Positions 36,148 through 59,382 of a stretch of 64,000 bases of DNA are shown here, one piece after another; position 1 is the stretch's first letter, and every line of letters starts with the position of its first letter. The notes under the pieces are model-generated. The model ran no database searches. It had not been told where the DNA came from and worked only from the letters and a program-made list of their open reading frames with translations. A program made the translations under genes and the position numbers. This DNA is from Gordius albopunctatus (Eukaryota), in NCBI GenBank assembly GCA_964276515.1, contig OZ193909.1:868001-932000 (forward strand), read 5' to 3'.

Positions 36148-39100
36148 TCACCAGGGACACCTATTATCGGCTCCGGGAATTTTTTTTATGGAACCGCTAA
36201 AACTTTCCGAAGGCTGCCTAAATCTGGAGGAGACCCCATCATTCGGAGACGAGGATGTCAACGGGGAGCGAACGACCCTAGAATATAGTAGAGCGGCCGT
36301 GGGGTTGTTGGATTGAACATCTTTAATTTCTGCATTCGTCAGCAGCTCATGATTGCCCCCGCCTAGCCTGAGGCTAGAAAGATCTGGAGTAGTCGTTTGG
36401 TCGCCATCTTGTTTATCATTAAGGCTCGTTGTCGCACCAAGGGAGCTCGGGGGAAAAAGCTCGGTATCGTCGTATTGGTTCGTCAATGGACCCAAATGCA
36501 ATCGAGGGGTAGAAGATTTGGAGGAGCCTGGGGCAGCGAAGTGGTGAGAATATAGGTTGCTAGATGAGTCGTGCGAGGCGGACCCACCGATATTATCTAT
36601 TGTAAGAAATAAAAGTATCATCAAAATTTGTGGGGTAAATAGGAAGTCGCGATGAATTAAAAAATTTAAGAGAGATCACATGGTCTTAGATATGAATTAC
36701 TAGTAGCGTAATGATCCTGTTTCGGGGTCAAGGGGGTGGGAGATGAGCTAATGGCGGAAGCCGCGGCCGTTAGGGCTAGATCGTAGTATGCATCCTCAAC
36801 GTCGGAGGAAGAACGACCCAAAGCACCACCTAAGGAGGTCTGGTCGGGGGATTGTTGATGTTGTGGCGCATCGTTCCAAGCGGAAGATGGAATGGGAGCC
36901 AAATGGGGAGAACCAATGGTCACATTGATGGCGGCGTCGGCAGGCCCTTCCCCACCACCAGCGTGAAGGTTGGAATTAGAGGAGCGAGCTGCCGCCGCCG
37001 CCGCGTATATTTGTTCGATCACGGCGTTTGTATCGTCTTGATCAGCGACGCCACCACCTACCATATCTTCGGGCAAATCGTTTCCCACGAGGGCGCTTCC
37101 GTTGATGCTGTTGTATCGCGTACTGCCGGGCGTACGCGTCGAGCCGGGAGGAGATTGTTGATGTTGCATCTTGGTATTTAGTAAGATGAGATTGGCGGCG
37201 GCCGCCATGGAGTTACCACCGGCCGCGGCGAGCATATTGAATAAGAATTGTTGCTGCTGCTGTTGCTGCGCTTCGCCGGCCCCTTCGAATTCGTTATTGT
37301 TGCAGTTTGCGGCGTCTTCGAGAGATGAGAGAGCGCTATCGTTGCGTCGTCGGTTGGGAGACCCCAAGTCGCTGTGAATCGCGGAGGCATCCTCGTTATC
37401 TCCTCCTCCTCCTCCACCACCAGCTCCCAACGTGGATACGGGGTGATGATGGTAAGGGGGAAATGAGTCGGGGCCCTGATTAAATTGGTGTTGATGAGCA
37501 ACCGCAGCTGCGGCCGCCGCGGCAACTTGCTGCTGCTGTTGTTGTTGGTGCTGGGCCGCCACCAAAGCCCCGATAAAATTTTGGGCGGCCAACATATTCG
37601 CCGCAGCAGCTACCCCGCCCCCGACGCAGCTGCCGCCGTTACCAAAATTTGTCTGCAAAGAACCACCACCGCCGCCCCCAGCTCCTGGACCAGGCCCGAT
37701 TAATCCGGGAAAGGCTTGGTGTGGAGAGGGACTTAGTCCATCTCCTTCGTTAGCACCGACGTGATGGTGTTGGTAGTAAACTTTACCCGCTTCGTTGTCC
37801 GCTCCCCCATGGCCCAAAGGTAGGGCTGGTAGTCCGTAGTAGGTGGCTGCGGTCATTAAATTTGCGGTCGGACCCAAACTAAAATGACTGTGAGCGTCGC
37901 CGGCCCCACCACCATTATTTTGTATGGGGTGACGATGGTAAGAGGAAGGCGGCCCTTGTTGAGAAGCGATGGGAGAAGCACTTCGGGGGAATTGGTGAGA
38001 TAGAGGGGACAATTGTTGCTGATGCTGTTGTTGAGCGGCGTGAAACATGGGTGATAAGGGCGCGTACTTGGAGGGGGTCGATGGGTGGTGCTGGTGAGAA
38101 GGGAGGGAGGAGGAAGAGGCTCCACCGTTGGCGGGTGAAGCGTGGGCGCTGCCTGGATGGTGATTATAGTAGGAGGGGGTGTTGGAGTTGGGCGGAGAAC
38201 CCGTCATGCTCGGGTGTTGTGGGTGATGAGGGGGCGGCGGGGGTAGTGGGGGCGCGTAGGCCAAGCCAAAAGCGGCAGCCGCGGCGGCGGCAACGTTGGC
38301 GTGTTGTTGATGGGCGTATTGAAAGTGATAGGGTCCTGTGCCGTGGGGAGAAGTTAGCGGGTATTGGTGGGGGTGATGATATTTATTAGTTATAGCCGAG
38401 GGTAGGGGACCGGGCGTAGTTGACATCATCATCATGGCGGCAGCACCAGACCCGTTATTGTTGTGTTGGTGGGTGTTGGGGCAGCCTAGCCCGTTTTGGT
38501 GGTGGTGCAGATGGTGAGGTGGCGGACCTGGGTGTTGCTGATGCGATAGCTGTTGCGTAGGGTGAGGGTTCCCGATGTAAAGACCGCCAGCGACCCCCTG
38601 TTGAAAAGGGTTGTTGTTTAGCATAGTACCTCCTCCGGGGCCCGCTCGACCTTCCCAAGGCTGAGCGTTGGCCGGACTTATCCTCACGCTGGTATTCTTG
38701 ATGATGAGATCTTCCCCGATCAGGCGTTGAGCTACTTCGCTGTCTTGGAAGGTGACGAATGCAAAGCCCCTACAGGGTTTGGGTACAAACACTTCAACCA
38801 CTTTTCCGTAATGGGAAAAGTAGGAGTGGATATCCTCGGTGCTTATATCGTCCGTAACTCGTCCGACGTGGATCTTGGCGTTAGCGAGTGTTACCGAACC
38901 CGTCTATACGAAATAATGGGAATTTATCATGACCCGATCAAAATAAAGAGTCACTATAAGATGCCCGCTATCGTTAAGATATATGTATGCAAGCAATTTT
39001 GCAGTATTTGTTCTTATATTTAATTGCGTTTAGGTCGTGAATAATACCTTAGAGTGAGGTACACGGACTTCGCAGATCCTCCCATCTATGTTATGCTTTT

Positions 39101-41553
39101 GACTTAGGCAACTGATCTGGGCCTCGTATTCGGCGAAGCGTATGAAGCCGAAGCCTTTAGATTTACCGCTAGCGTCTCTTTTAATCTATAAATTAAAATG
39201 TCAATAATAACTTTAACACATGATTTCCAAAACTTTATCCCGACACGTTATAATTCAATCTAATTCAAAAATCTTTGCTCTAAAATATGTAAATTAACAA
39301 CTATAAAATTTTGATTAAATAAAACTTAGTAAAAAACAGACGATAATTATTATTTCGGCCACTTATTAAAATAGCTACATCACAATCGATTCGGAATTTC
39401 AAACTTAAAACAATTCAAAATTCTTTTATCAATTCGATTCCAAACGCTTAGCTCGACTTGTAGCCACAAATTTGTACTTGAAAAACTCAAAATAAAACAA
39501 TGATTTTTAACAAACATTTCTCGCAATAAATTCATTTCCTCGTGCGAGGGGTTAGTAATCAAAAAGTCACGTATAAAATATATATTATTTAGGCATTTAA
39601 TCGCACTTGAGCAAAGACCAATTCCCCAAACTTGGAGAAAAAATCTTTCAGTCGACATTCGTCAGCTGACCACGGGAGTCCGAGTATGATCAAATCGCAA
39701 CATTTTTTGGTCGCCTCTTCGCCGGCCGCCCCCATCAGCTGACCAGGGGTCGAGTGATATTTATTGGACCCATTGCCGAAGCCTCCCGAGGCGGGTGAGC
39801 AAGCATCGGTCGAGCAGGTATTGATATTGTTGTACCAGCTTCCACCACTTTCGTACCGCTTTTTGTTATCTAAACGCAAGGGGGACACAAAAATTAAAGA
39901 GAGCGTAGCCGAGGGACCCTCTAAATCCGAAAATTTGTTGAAATTACTTAAAATTATGGCTAAAATTTCAAAAAATGGTCATCCTCCCTAAATCATTATT
40001 GCCCCCCCCCTCCTTCTAATTCCAATGCTGGCTATGCGCGTGATATTATGTCAAAATAACTATCATTTAGAATATACGTATAAAAGAGTTTGAAACGGTT
40101 AACACATAAAAATATAAATTAACTGAGACACATGATTGATACAACTCAAATTTTTATATAGGATATAAAATATCAAAGTTTTGGGGTAAAAGTCTCAAGC
40201 GTTCAACGTTTTTAATGATTTGGATAGCTTATATTAAACTATCTCTAAGCTTATTTATTATGTAACTTTGTTTCGTGAAAATAAATTTTTTAACCATTAA
40301 AAAAATGAAAAAAATGTTAAACACACTAATTAACCCCAAAAATTTAGCTGAATATAAACTAGTCACTCTACACCCTTAAGAAGTATACCTTTTAAAATGT
40401 ACGTATTCAATTTTAAAATGTACAAACATCTAAATGGTAATTAGTTAGTAAGCATGTAATTTAGGGTTCAATATGTATAAAATTTAACGATTCAACTACT
40501 AATATTAAGAGGATGGGTATTTAATTATAAAAACAAACAAAACAAATAATCATAGATTAATGCTAGTTAATGGGCTGGGATGTGAATTATCAACAAAAGA
40601 GTTGTAAAAAATATTTGCTTAATTTGACATGTTGATAGCTACCAGGGTTCTATTTTTAGTTAAATGCATTACTTTCAAGTAGAAATAATGATATTTCTTT
40701 TAATAGAGAGTCAAGTAAAGTGGTTATTATGATTTTCAAATCACAAAATATTGCCATCAATTTGAATAAAAATATAACAAAATATTATACACATTATTTA
40801 GGTTTCTACTAGTGCAAAGATATCTAAGTGAATACTTCAAATGTTAATTTAACCTAAACAATTACTTTTAAAATTTGTAAATCATTAACCCAAATTTTAG
40901 TTAAATTTTTTCTATTAATTTACAAAAAAAAGTAATTGATATAAGGGTGATAGTAGGAGATAAAAAAGTTATTAATCTGTGTGATAGATGCCTAATAAAT
41001 AAGAACCAAGGCATATACAACTAAATTCAAAGATATAATAATGACAATATTTAAAAAACTTTTGCTGCAATATAAAGATTATAAATTAATATAAGTTCCT
41101 AGCTAATAAGGTAAAATAGTTATTTTTAAATTTAAATAAATTTCATGAACAAATCAAGATTAATACACCTAAATATGAGTTAGTTTATAACTATAGAAAT
41201 TAAAAAACAATATCAAATAAGCAATTAAATGTGAAGCAAAAAATAGAAAAATAATTTTCTTTAATCGATATTGCATCAAAAGGAGAAAAAAATTATATAA
41301 ATAAATGCAAACCTTTTGGAAAAACTGCATAATACAAATTGTTTCCCCAATTGTTGGAATCAGGAGGCCACAATTTGCCATTCTCAAGTCTTATACCTCT
41401 CCAAGCACCGGTGTTATTATTCTTGTATTTAAGTCCTGTAACTCCGGGGTATTGAGCAGAAAGTGTTGAGAGTAATATAACGCCATCCACTTCGAGAGGA
41501 ATTTCAATGACATCATCTTCACTATCTTCAGTTACTCGAATATACTCATTCAT
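36148..41553 (-). CDS. TARDBP: TAR DNA-binding protein 43 (TDP-43/TBPH) orthologue, about 1097 aa. Exons 41553-41313, 39869-39607, 39185-39048, 38903-36701, 36596-36148
   Basis: NTD EYIRVTE..IEIPLE.DG.ILLSTL.AQYPG..GLKYKN..WRGIRL; RRM1 DLIILGLPW and SKGFGFIRF; RRM2 KIHVGR and PKPCRGFAFVTF. Exon lengths sum to 3294 nt in frame. The final intron is inferred; if retained, the stop is at 36666. Confidence 0.93.
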
Positions 41554-41929
41554 GGAATAGTAATTAATACAACTATAAAGGCAATCATACGCATATATTT
41601 AATTGCAGTCACGCCTAAGGTTTTACAAAAACTCTATTGTTTATTCCCAATGCTTGTAAATATGGTTCGCCGGACAAAAAGATAAATAACACATTTTTGC
41701 ATAAACATTTTAATGTCGAAATTAATATTAAGCCATTTTACAATAAAACCTATTAAATAATGAGAGGGAGAAGCTGATATTATTAATATATGTTTCAGCA
41801 TTTGTTTGTGTCTTTCAATATTATGGTAATTAATTTAATTTGGCAAATTAGACCCAAGTAAATTAAGGATCCAACAATAAATTTTAGTCATCCACCACAA
41901 AATCAATCTGGCACTAGAAACATGTGGAG

Positions 41930-43200
41930 AGGTTTAGAGTCTGTAACTGTTGTCCTAGGGCACGAAGTTGAGGCTTCATTATATTTTTCAAGGAATATCT
42001 TGTTTTCTCAAGCACACCCCTGTTAAATCGCGAGGGACCGTGTCATAAGCTTTCTCCAAGTCGATATAAACCATATGTATATCTCTTCTCTTATCATCAT
42101 AATTAACCATCATTTGTCTTAATGCGAAGTTTGGGTCCATTGTGGAATTTTCAGCCACAAATCCGAATTGGTTAGCCGATATTTCCATTTCATGCTCAGT
42201 ATTGATACTAAGATCCTGTTCATAAGCTTTAAGGAAAGGTAGCTTGATATCTCTATAATTGCCGACCTCTTCTTCATCATTATCTTGTTAAAGAGGTTCG
42301 TCATGGTCGTGACTCCTTCTTGACGGCATCCGAGCAATGCTTCCATAGGTATTTAATCTAGGCCATTAACTTTTTCTTTTTGCATCTTGTTCATTTGTGT
42401 CCTCACTTCATCCTCCTTAATGAGTTGGACCATACTTATGTTTGGATTTGAGAAGGTTATCTTTGTCATTTACAATATCATAAGTTTTAATATCCTTTGA
42501 CCTTTCCATGACTTTTTTCGGATTGAATAAGGTTTGACCCTTCTTTGACTATTTTAAGGACTGCGGCATTAATACTTTTATTCTCCCTTTTTACTAATTT
42601 TTTTATAACCCTGTTACCCCCTTTTCCAGTTTGTTTGCCAACTCGGTATACGCGGTATTCTTGGCTATTACAATGGCCTTTTTCGCGGCTCTCTTTGCTT
42701 TCCTATACTCTTGATAATCCTCCAACTTTTTTGATTTATGCCACCGTCTATATAGATTTTTCGTTTTCAAACCGATAGATCCCATCATTTTATAGCTTTG
42801 CCCGAATCGCTATTTCCTTTATGTCCTTTGTTAGCGTCTCCCAATCGTCGTCGGTATCCCTTTACAACTTCCTTGCACCCATGAGTGAAGAGGCTTGTTG
42901 ATAATACTTGTCGTTCGTGGACGTATCCTTTAGGGTTTCGGATCGATTTTGAGGTTCATAAACTCTTCTTCTTTCGGCAAAAATTTTTTGCGAGATCCAT
43001 TACAAGTGGAGATGTTGCTTGGCAATCTCCTCTTGCGGTATTACTTTGCAATCCTTGATATTCCAAAAGTACTTTCGCAGTATGAGCAGATAGTCAACTC
43101 GATATTGAACTTATATACTCTTTCCGTGCTTGAATGTCAGAATCTAATTGTTAGCACAGGCTAAGTCGTCCAGGACCCCTTGCTATTGGTGGATTACAAC
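41930..43200 (-). mobile_element. Decayed RTE-clade LINE fragment
   Basis: NQFGFV, DIHMVYIDLEKAYDTVPR, and a linker YQEYRKAKRAAKKAI. Confidence 0.82.
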
Positions 43201-44185
43201 CGAAGCTATCTCTCTTACCTATTATCTCTTTTCCCTTCCTCTTTAAATATTAATTAAGCTGAGTTATTGATTATGCATTACATGATGACCTAGGCGTGAT
43301 TTATATAAGACCTTTTCCTTTCTACTACTATCAGATTTAGGAGAGAAGCAAGAACAAATAAACTTTTTAATTGGCTCCCCTTGCGCCTTAATTGCCTTCG
43401 AAAATGATTTTCTCATTTTTAATTAAATTATTTACTTATTTCAGTAAGTAAATCGTTTATTTACTATATTGTTCTATAAAAAATATTTTTTTAATTTATT
43501 AGTGCTTTTGATGAGAGTTTTCATTAATCAATGGAACTTTTTTATACCACTTTAGTCAATGCTAATTCGCAACGCTTAGCAAAACATAGCCTTTAACAAT
43601 AACTAGCTAGGGCCCCTAATTTTGATCATTTTGTTTGTCCTTAGGCGCTTTAATGGAATTAATCTTTAACTTTATAATAAATCTTATATCTGAGTTTAAT
43701 AAGAAGATAAGATTAGTGATGGGAGAAATTATAGCATAGGTTAGGGTGTTTAAAAACCTTAAAAGTCTTATTAACGTGCTAATCTATAGAGATAGGCATT
43801 AGTTCCAAATCAACTTAAAACCTTAGGAGATTATTCTAGAAAAGCCTGAGAGCTGGAAATAGCACAAATCAGCCTAAGGTCTATTAGGTGTATATTTAGC
43901 CCTACCCTAAACCTTTAGATTAGGTGAGCTAAGGTCAATAATCTTATATATACCCAAGGATTTCGAGAAAATTATAGTCGAATGATTTTTCTCTTACATA
44001 AGATGCATACAAAGCGAAAATTAGACATTACATTTAATTTATATTAACGGAAACATGAACTATTATGATCGCTACTCGAATTAACAACATTTTTGTTTCT
44101 AATTATGTTGATTATGAAATAATTTTTTTATGCTTTTAATAAACACCGTGGGAAGCTTATGAGATTTTAAAAAATGGCCTGATCA

Positions 44186-45201
44186 TAGTACTGTAAATGA
44201 ACGCGTTCACGGAACGCGTTCTTTTATTTTTTGGTGAACTTTGAACACGTTCGAATTTAACGTTCGTTCAATTTTAAAAACCTTTTTTATTTATCTGAAA
44301 ATTAATGTTAATCCGAATTTTTAACAAAAAAGTCTTATATTTTTTAATCAGCTGTTTTTCCTATTACCAATTCCGAAATACTTTTAACATATTATAACGT
44401 GCAAAAGAAGATAAGATTATAGTTAATTAATTTGATATTATTAATTATAGTTTAATTTATAGGTTAATATGGACAATCATAATATTATATCGTCGTCATC
44501 TTCAGATTCTGAATATTCAAAATCAGCAGATGAATTGAAATTGCCATGGCCAAAATATGAAAGACATTTTTCACTCGTTTCATATAAAGGATCGAATTCA
44601 ATAATTACCAAATGTAAAATGTGTCCAAAAAGTATTATATCTGTATCAAGGTGGCCTTGGATTAAACTTCGAGAAAATGAACCTTTAAAGAATAAACTTT
44701 TAGTGTTATTGAAAAAACCCATAGAATTGATAATGAAAGAGCTTTCAATTCCGAGATATCATTTTTTGACGAGGAAGTAGAGGGGGTATTGGAGGATGAT
44801 ATCTTGTCGCAATTTTTTGAAGCGAGGGACAAAACATTAAATGTTTTTAATAAATTTCCTCCTTAAAAAATTTGTTTATTAAGTATAATACTCCAATCCC
44901 CTCATCTGCCCCTGTGGAGCAGGTTTTTAGTATAGCTAATGCTGTATTAACTAACTGCCAAGCGTTCCTGCTTATCAGAAGACAATTTTGAAAAAACAAT
45001 TATTATTAAAAATCAATAAGAAAATAGATTATATTGATTTATAATAATATTGTCGAAATAAAACTATTATTTTTTATCATGGCTATTTATTGTATTAAAA
45101 AATATAAGACATTTATTTATATTAAATTTTAAAAAAATTTATCCTAAAATTTTGAACGAACGTGAACGCGTTCGATTTTTTTACAAATGTTTACAGCACT
45201 A
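44186..45201 (+). mobile_element. Internally deleted hAT transposon (1016 bp)
   Basis: TIR TAGT(A/G)CTGTAAA, subterminal GAACGCGTTC repeats, perfect 8-bp TSD CCTGATCA, and remnants of a BED finger (KCKMCPK) and the hATC dimerisation motif (KYNTPIPSSAPVEQVFS). Confidence 0.92.
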
Positions 45202-45922
45202 CCTGATCATGATAAAACCACCTAACTTTAGCACTAACTCACTCCTCATAAATAAATTATTTGGAAACGATACAAAATATAGAAGGTTATTTAATTAATT
45301 TCAAGTTAATTTGCTAAAAGACAGCTAAGGTTAATATAACCCGGTTTTTATTGCCATTTTGCATAATATGAAGGCAAAAAATAAGCTGAATCACAATAAT
45401 AGTACACAAAGCATAACGAAACATATATAGGATATATTAAACTGTGAGGGAATACATAATGTATATATTATTTATGGATGTTCACCAAAAATCATCTTGT
45501 GTAAATATTTATATGGTATATTTTATTATTAAATATTATTTACTAACAAATGTGTAACAAAACAAGAATAACTATTTAAACTATTCAGTCTATATTTTGA
45601 AAGATTATTTCGCCTTTCACATGGTAAATAATAGTAAATACGAAGTTCAATATTTGGTAAAAACTGGAGGTGTACACATGGGGATATCGATAGTGTTGCA
45701 AAAAGGGCTCGTGCGTTTTGTCTGGTAGGCCTTTGGGGTTTAGTTGACTAATCAAAACCAAACCAATTGGTCTGTTATTCTTAGTCGACCAAACAAAACC
45801 CAGTCCCGTTTTTACAACTTTATAATTATCCATATAAAAAACAGGTCCGATTAAAAATCTTGATCCCAATAACATTATTAAAAAGGTGATGGGGGGGGGG
45901 GGGGAGGGTGCTGAGTGCAGGT

Positions 45923-55347
<9,425 letters not shown>

Positions 55348-55695
55348 CTATGTAAATATAAACAAGAAAAGGTGAGAATTTAGATAAAATTACTATTTAG
55401 ATGTTATTTAAAGTGTAAATGTACAAAATTATGTAAAAAATAAAAATATAAACATGTATAATTTGTCAGGATATTATAAGATTAAGATCAAAAGAATATT
55501 ATAGCAAATGATAAATTTTAAAAAATATAAAAATTTAATTAATTTATATTTTTTTGATGCAATAATTGAATATTAATTAATAATATTTTTGTGATAATTA
55601 CAATAATTTTAGACACTATATCATCGTTTTCACCGTTGCAAATTTCGTGTGGGTACACCATATTAAATCAACCCGGTACAAAAAGGCTTTTTAAA

Positions 55696-56622
55696 TGTAA
55701 TGTTTCTAGCAATCGCCAAGACAAAGTATGGGAGATTTAAATTTAGAATAATCTCGTAATTAATATGCATGGCCAATTCTAATAAATTTAGGATACATAT
55801 GGTAGTATTAAATCCTCTGCTTTGAGGGTATTGTTTGATCGGGAAGTTTTTTATCTCGGAAAATGAGAAGTGCTGCAGGCAGACGGGGAAAGTGTCCTTT
55901 CTATTCCGCAGACCTTTAATTCCAATTCTGTGCTGTCTAATTTTTTTGGACTGGCTCCGGGGAGAATTCATATTTATAGACTGGGGATTGTTTTATTTGT
56001 AAGTTTATTCACTCTACTGTTATACTCCAAATAATAATTTATTGTTTCAGAATTCCGCCTAATAATAATACAAGTCTGGGATAACTATATAATATGACGT
56101 AACGAGGAAATAATTGGGGGAAACAACAATTATAGCTCTGGGATATAATCTCGCCAAATTCGAAAGAGGGAAAGTTTAGGTTCTCAAGGGGGGAAATTTT
56201 GGTTCTGGTGAGTATTGGGGGGGGGGCTATTTGAAGAAACGTTCTGATGTGTATCAATTTTTATGGGGCTTATATAGGTTTGATTTTCTTGGCGTCGTTA
56301 ACTTTTTTCCCATCCTTTGACCTCCTTCTTTGTTCCAATTCTTAATTTATCACCCATCCCTTTCAAGGTCTGGCTTCTTTGACCTGCTTTCGTTCCAAAC
56401 TTTTTGGGATCCTAATTTATTGCCCCGCTGTTTTCAAGGGCACGTTACTTTTAAGTCTCTGTTTTACAATTCCAATCAAAGTTTCCAAGGGCACGTTCCT
56501 TTTATGTCTCGGGCCTTCGGAGTAACTCTGCCAGTTTATATCTCGCGTCTTGACGGGTTTATGTTCTTTCCGGAATTTATTACCTTCCCTCCATAACCTC
56601 GTTCCGTATCTGGGATACTACA
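55696..56622 (-). mobile_element. Possible LTR (about 930 bp) upstream of the first identified PAPSS exon
   Basis: TGTA...TACA termini, duplicated AACGTGCCCTTG, TATA (CCTATATAAG) and then AATAAA on the minus strand. No TSD match. Confidence 0.35.
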
Positions 56623-59382
56623 GGTAGCGACTTGATTGAAATCATATCAAAAAAGTCAAAAAATTGCACATTTTATGACTGTCTAATAGATGCTAACACT
56701 TTCTTTCGTGTTTTAAGAGTCAAAAATCCGGTAAATTTAAATTAACAACCTATCGAGATGTCAAATAAAGGCATATTTAAACTCTGTTCGCCTATTTGGC
56801 TATTTATTATATAAGCGCAAAGCCTAGTAAGATAATGGCAGAGAAAGGCTTCTGTTCCTCCTGAAATTTAGATTTTACAATCAATAACATTATAGCTTTT
56901 TTCAGAAATCATTTACGTGACTCTCTTTTAGATCTATATTTAAGTTTGCGCACATCAAATACATTTTAGCTACACCTAAAGATAAAAGTAAACTGAGTCA
57001 ACCTAATGCCATCGCACATAAATGTTTGCGTCTACTATGTAAATAGTTGTTCTAAATAGCCAATAATAACAAAACTGAATTAGAGATAACATAATTATTA
57101 CGCTTCTTCTTTTTGTTCGCACACTTTCCCCTTTATAATTAATAAACTATAACACCCGATCTACAAAGTTTCTGTTAGTTGGATATATGGAGAACTAGTT
57201 AATTGCATCTTTAATATGTTTATTTCACCTCTTAATGAATTTCATTGAATGATATGTGTATGGAATTTTCCATGTTTCTGAGAACTATTAATTATCTTTT
57301 TATAAGGATTAGGAACCATATAATGAGTGTTAAATCGAAAATATTTGACGTTCATTCTTGAACACTGTTTATCGCCTCATAATATACGGTGTTTGTCATA
57401 TATATGTATTGACAAATAAAATATTAAGTTCAAATTAAATTGATTAAAACCACAATTCTTAGATTTTGTCCCTTTATATTATTCGACTGGCTCTATGGTC
57501 GCAACTTTAGGAAATATATATAATAAAAACTAGAGTTTACATTTCATACATATGGATTGCATTATATTTAAAGAAATTTTAAGCATTTATCGCAAAAAGA
57601 AGCACATTAATTTTTTAATAATTGTATTATATTTTAAACAATGAAGTATTTTTAAACAAAGTGAGATAAATTAATGAATGATTATTTTGATCATTTGTAT
57701 TAAAATATGATGATTAAATTTTTAAAAACCTTAGACAAAAACTTTAAAAAAGTTTATCAACTAATTACTTTATCAAAACTACTCAGCCTTGAGAGAAGGC
57801 AATTATTTAGGAGTAATGTTAGACAGTTTTAAGTTAAGCTAAATATCAATTAGGTAACTTTTATAAATTTTAAAAGGCATCGGCACTGTCTTAACTACAA
57901 AAAATGAAATGATTTGATTCATTAGACATTATATTTCGCGAAAGCTACGGTAAAAAGTATAAAGAAAATGTTAGAACAAGTTATACTTTTTAACCATTAA
58001 AAAAATATCAAAAGTATTATAATTTAAGTGAAGAAATTATTTATATAAAATGATCAAGTTTTATTACCTCATAAGCCAATTCGTGCAATGTGCTGTAATT
58101 TGGGACAACCATATTTAGTGAGGAATGCCTTTGGAATTTGGAATAAAAACAATTTTATGATTGATAAATCTATCTACCTTTTTTATATGTGGAATTTTAG
58201 GAGATAAAATTGGCAAGAAAACGTTTAGAATCAACAATGATAATAAAAATGGGAAGGTGGATACGGAAAGGTAGAAACAATATTTACTTTCGCTTTGGTG
58301 CGTTAATGAGGAATGATGTTTATTGCCTGGTAAATAAAAATTAAGGAGATAGATAGCAGGTAGTAAGTGGTAAAAGTATACTTGTTTAATATGACCTATG
58401 AATATAATTATATGCTTGGTAGATGGACGTGGCTTGTTTATATTAGGACCCCCTAGACTTTGGGTTATGGGCGTAGCCATTGGTGGAATTAGGGGAGGGG
58501 CAAAGATCATTTTTTAAAATTTTAGCTTTAATTTTAATATAATTTGACAAATTTTTTAATTTAGAGGGGGGCAGCCGCCTCTCCCTGACCCCCCTCCTCC
58601 TTTGGCTACGACCATGCTCTAGTTTACAAAGATTGGAATAGTTCCAAATCTTTAATGCCTATAAAAAACCTCAAGTTTCATTACTTTCCTTTTCAGGTTG
58701 CAAATAGAGCGTCTTGATTTATTGCTATAATGAGAAATGACATAAAATAAGTCCCCTATGTTTTAATGTCTAAAGTCATTATATTGTCATTACATTCCTT
58801 AATGATGATAATAATTGTAAGGGCAGGCTGGGTCAGGCTTTTTGATAAGAGAGTACTTTAAAACAAAAGGTTACCGACACCTAGCTTTCACTAAGGTGTG
58901 CAAAGTATATACATTATCTCATGCTCCGGGACTTTACTGTTTTTACTTTAAGCTTTAAAGCTGTTTTTCATTTGAAACAGAAAATCATCATGGAAATTGT
59001 AAAATCTAATAAAATTTTAAGCCCTATGCTAGATCATTAATCTAGTATATTTTAGCATGTATCATAATACACAATTATTTGAAAATATACCATTAATGTT
59101 TAAGATGTTTCAAAACTATTTAAATTTCATAAATTAACTATTATTATTTTTAATTTTTTTGTGGCTAAAAAGTTTATTTTCCCGAAACAAAGTTACATAA
59201 ATAAGCGAAATACAAAAATAAATATAATTATTTTTAATTTAGAACCATAAAAGTTGTTATCACGCCTTAACAAAAATGTGTTATTTATAATTAAAAACAG
59301 ATAATTAAATATGAAAAGTTATATTAAAATCAATTTTATAACAGGACTCTCCCATTTGTGACATTGCATTGGCCTAATAATA

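Noticed and set aside
36353..39023. Overlapping + strand and alternate-frame ORFs across TDP-43
   Set aside because: Shadow ORFs expected from GC-rich low-complexity coding sequence.
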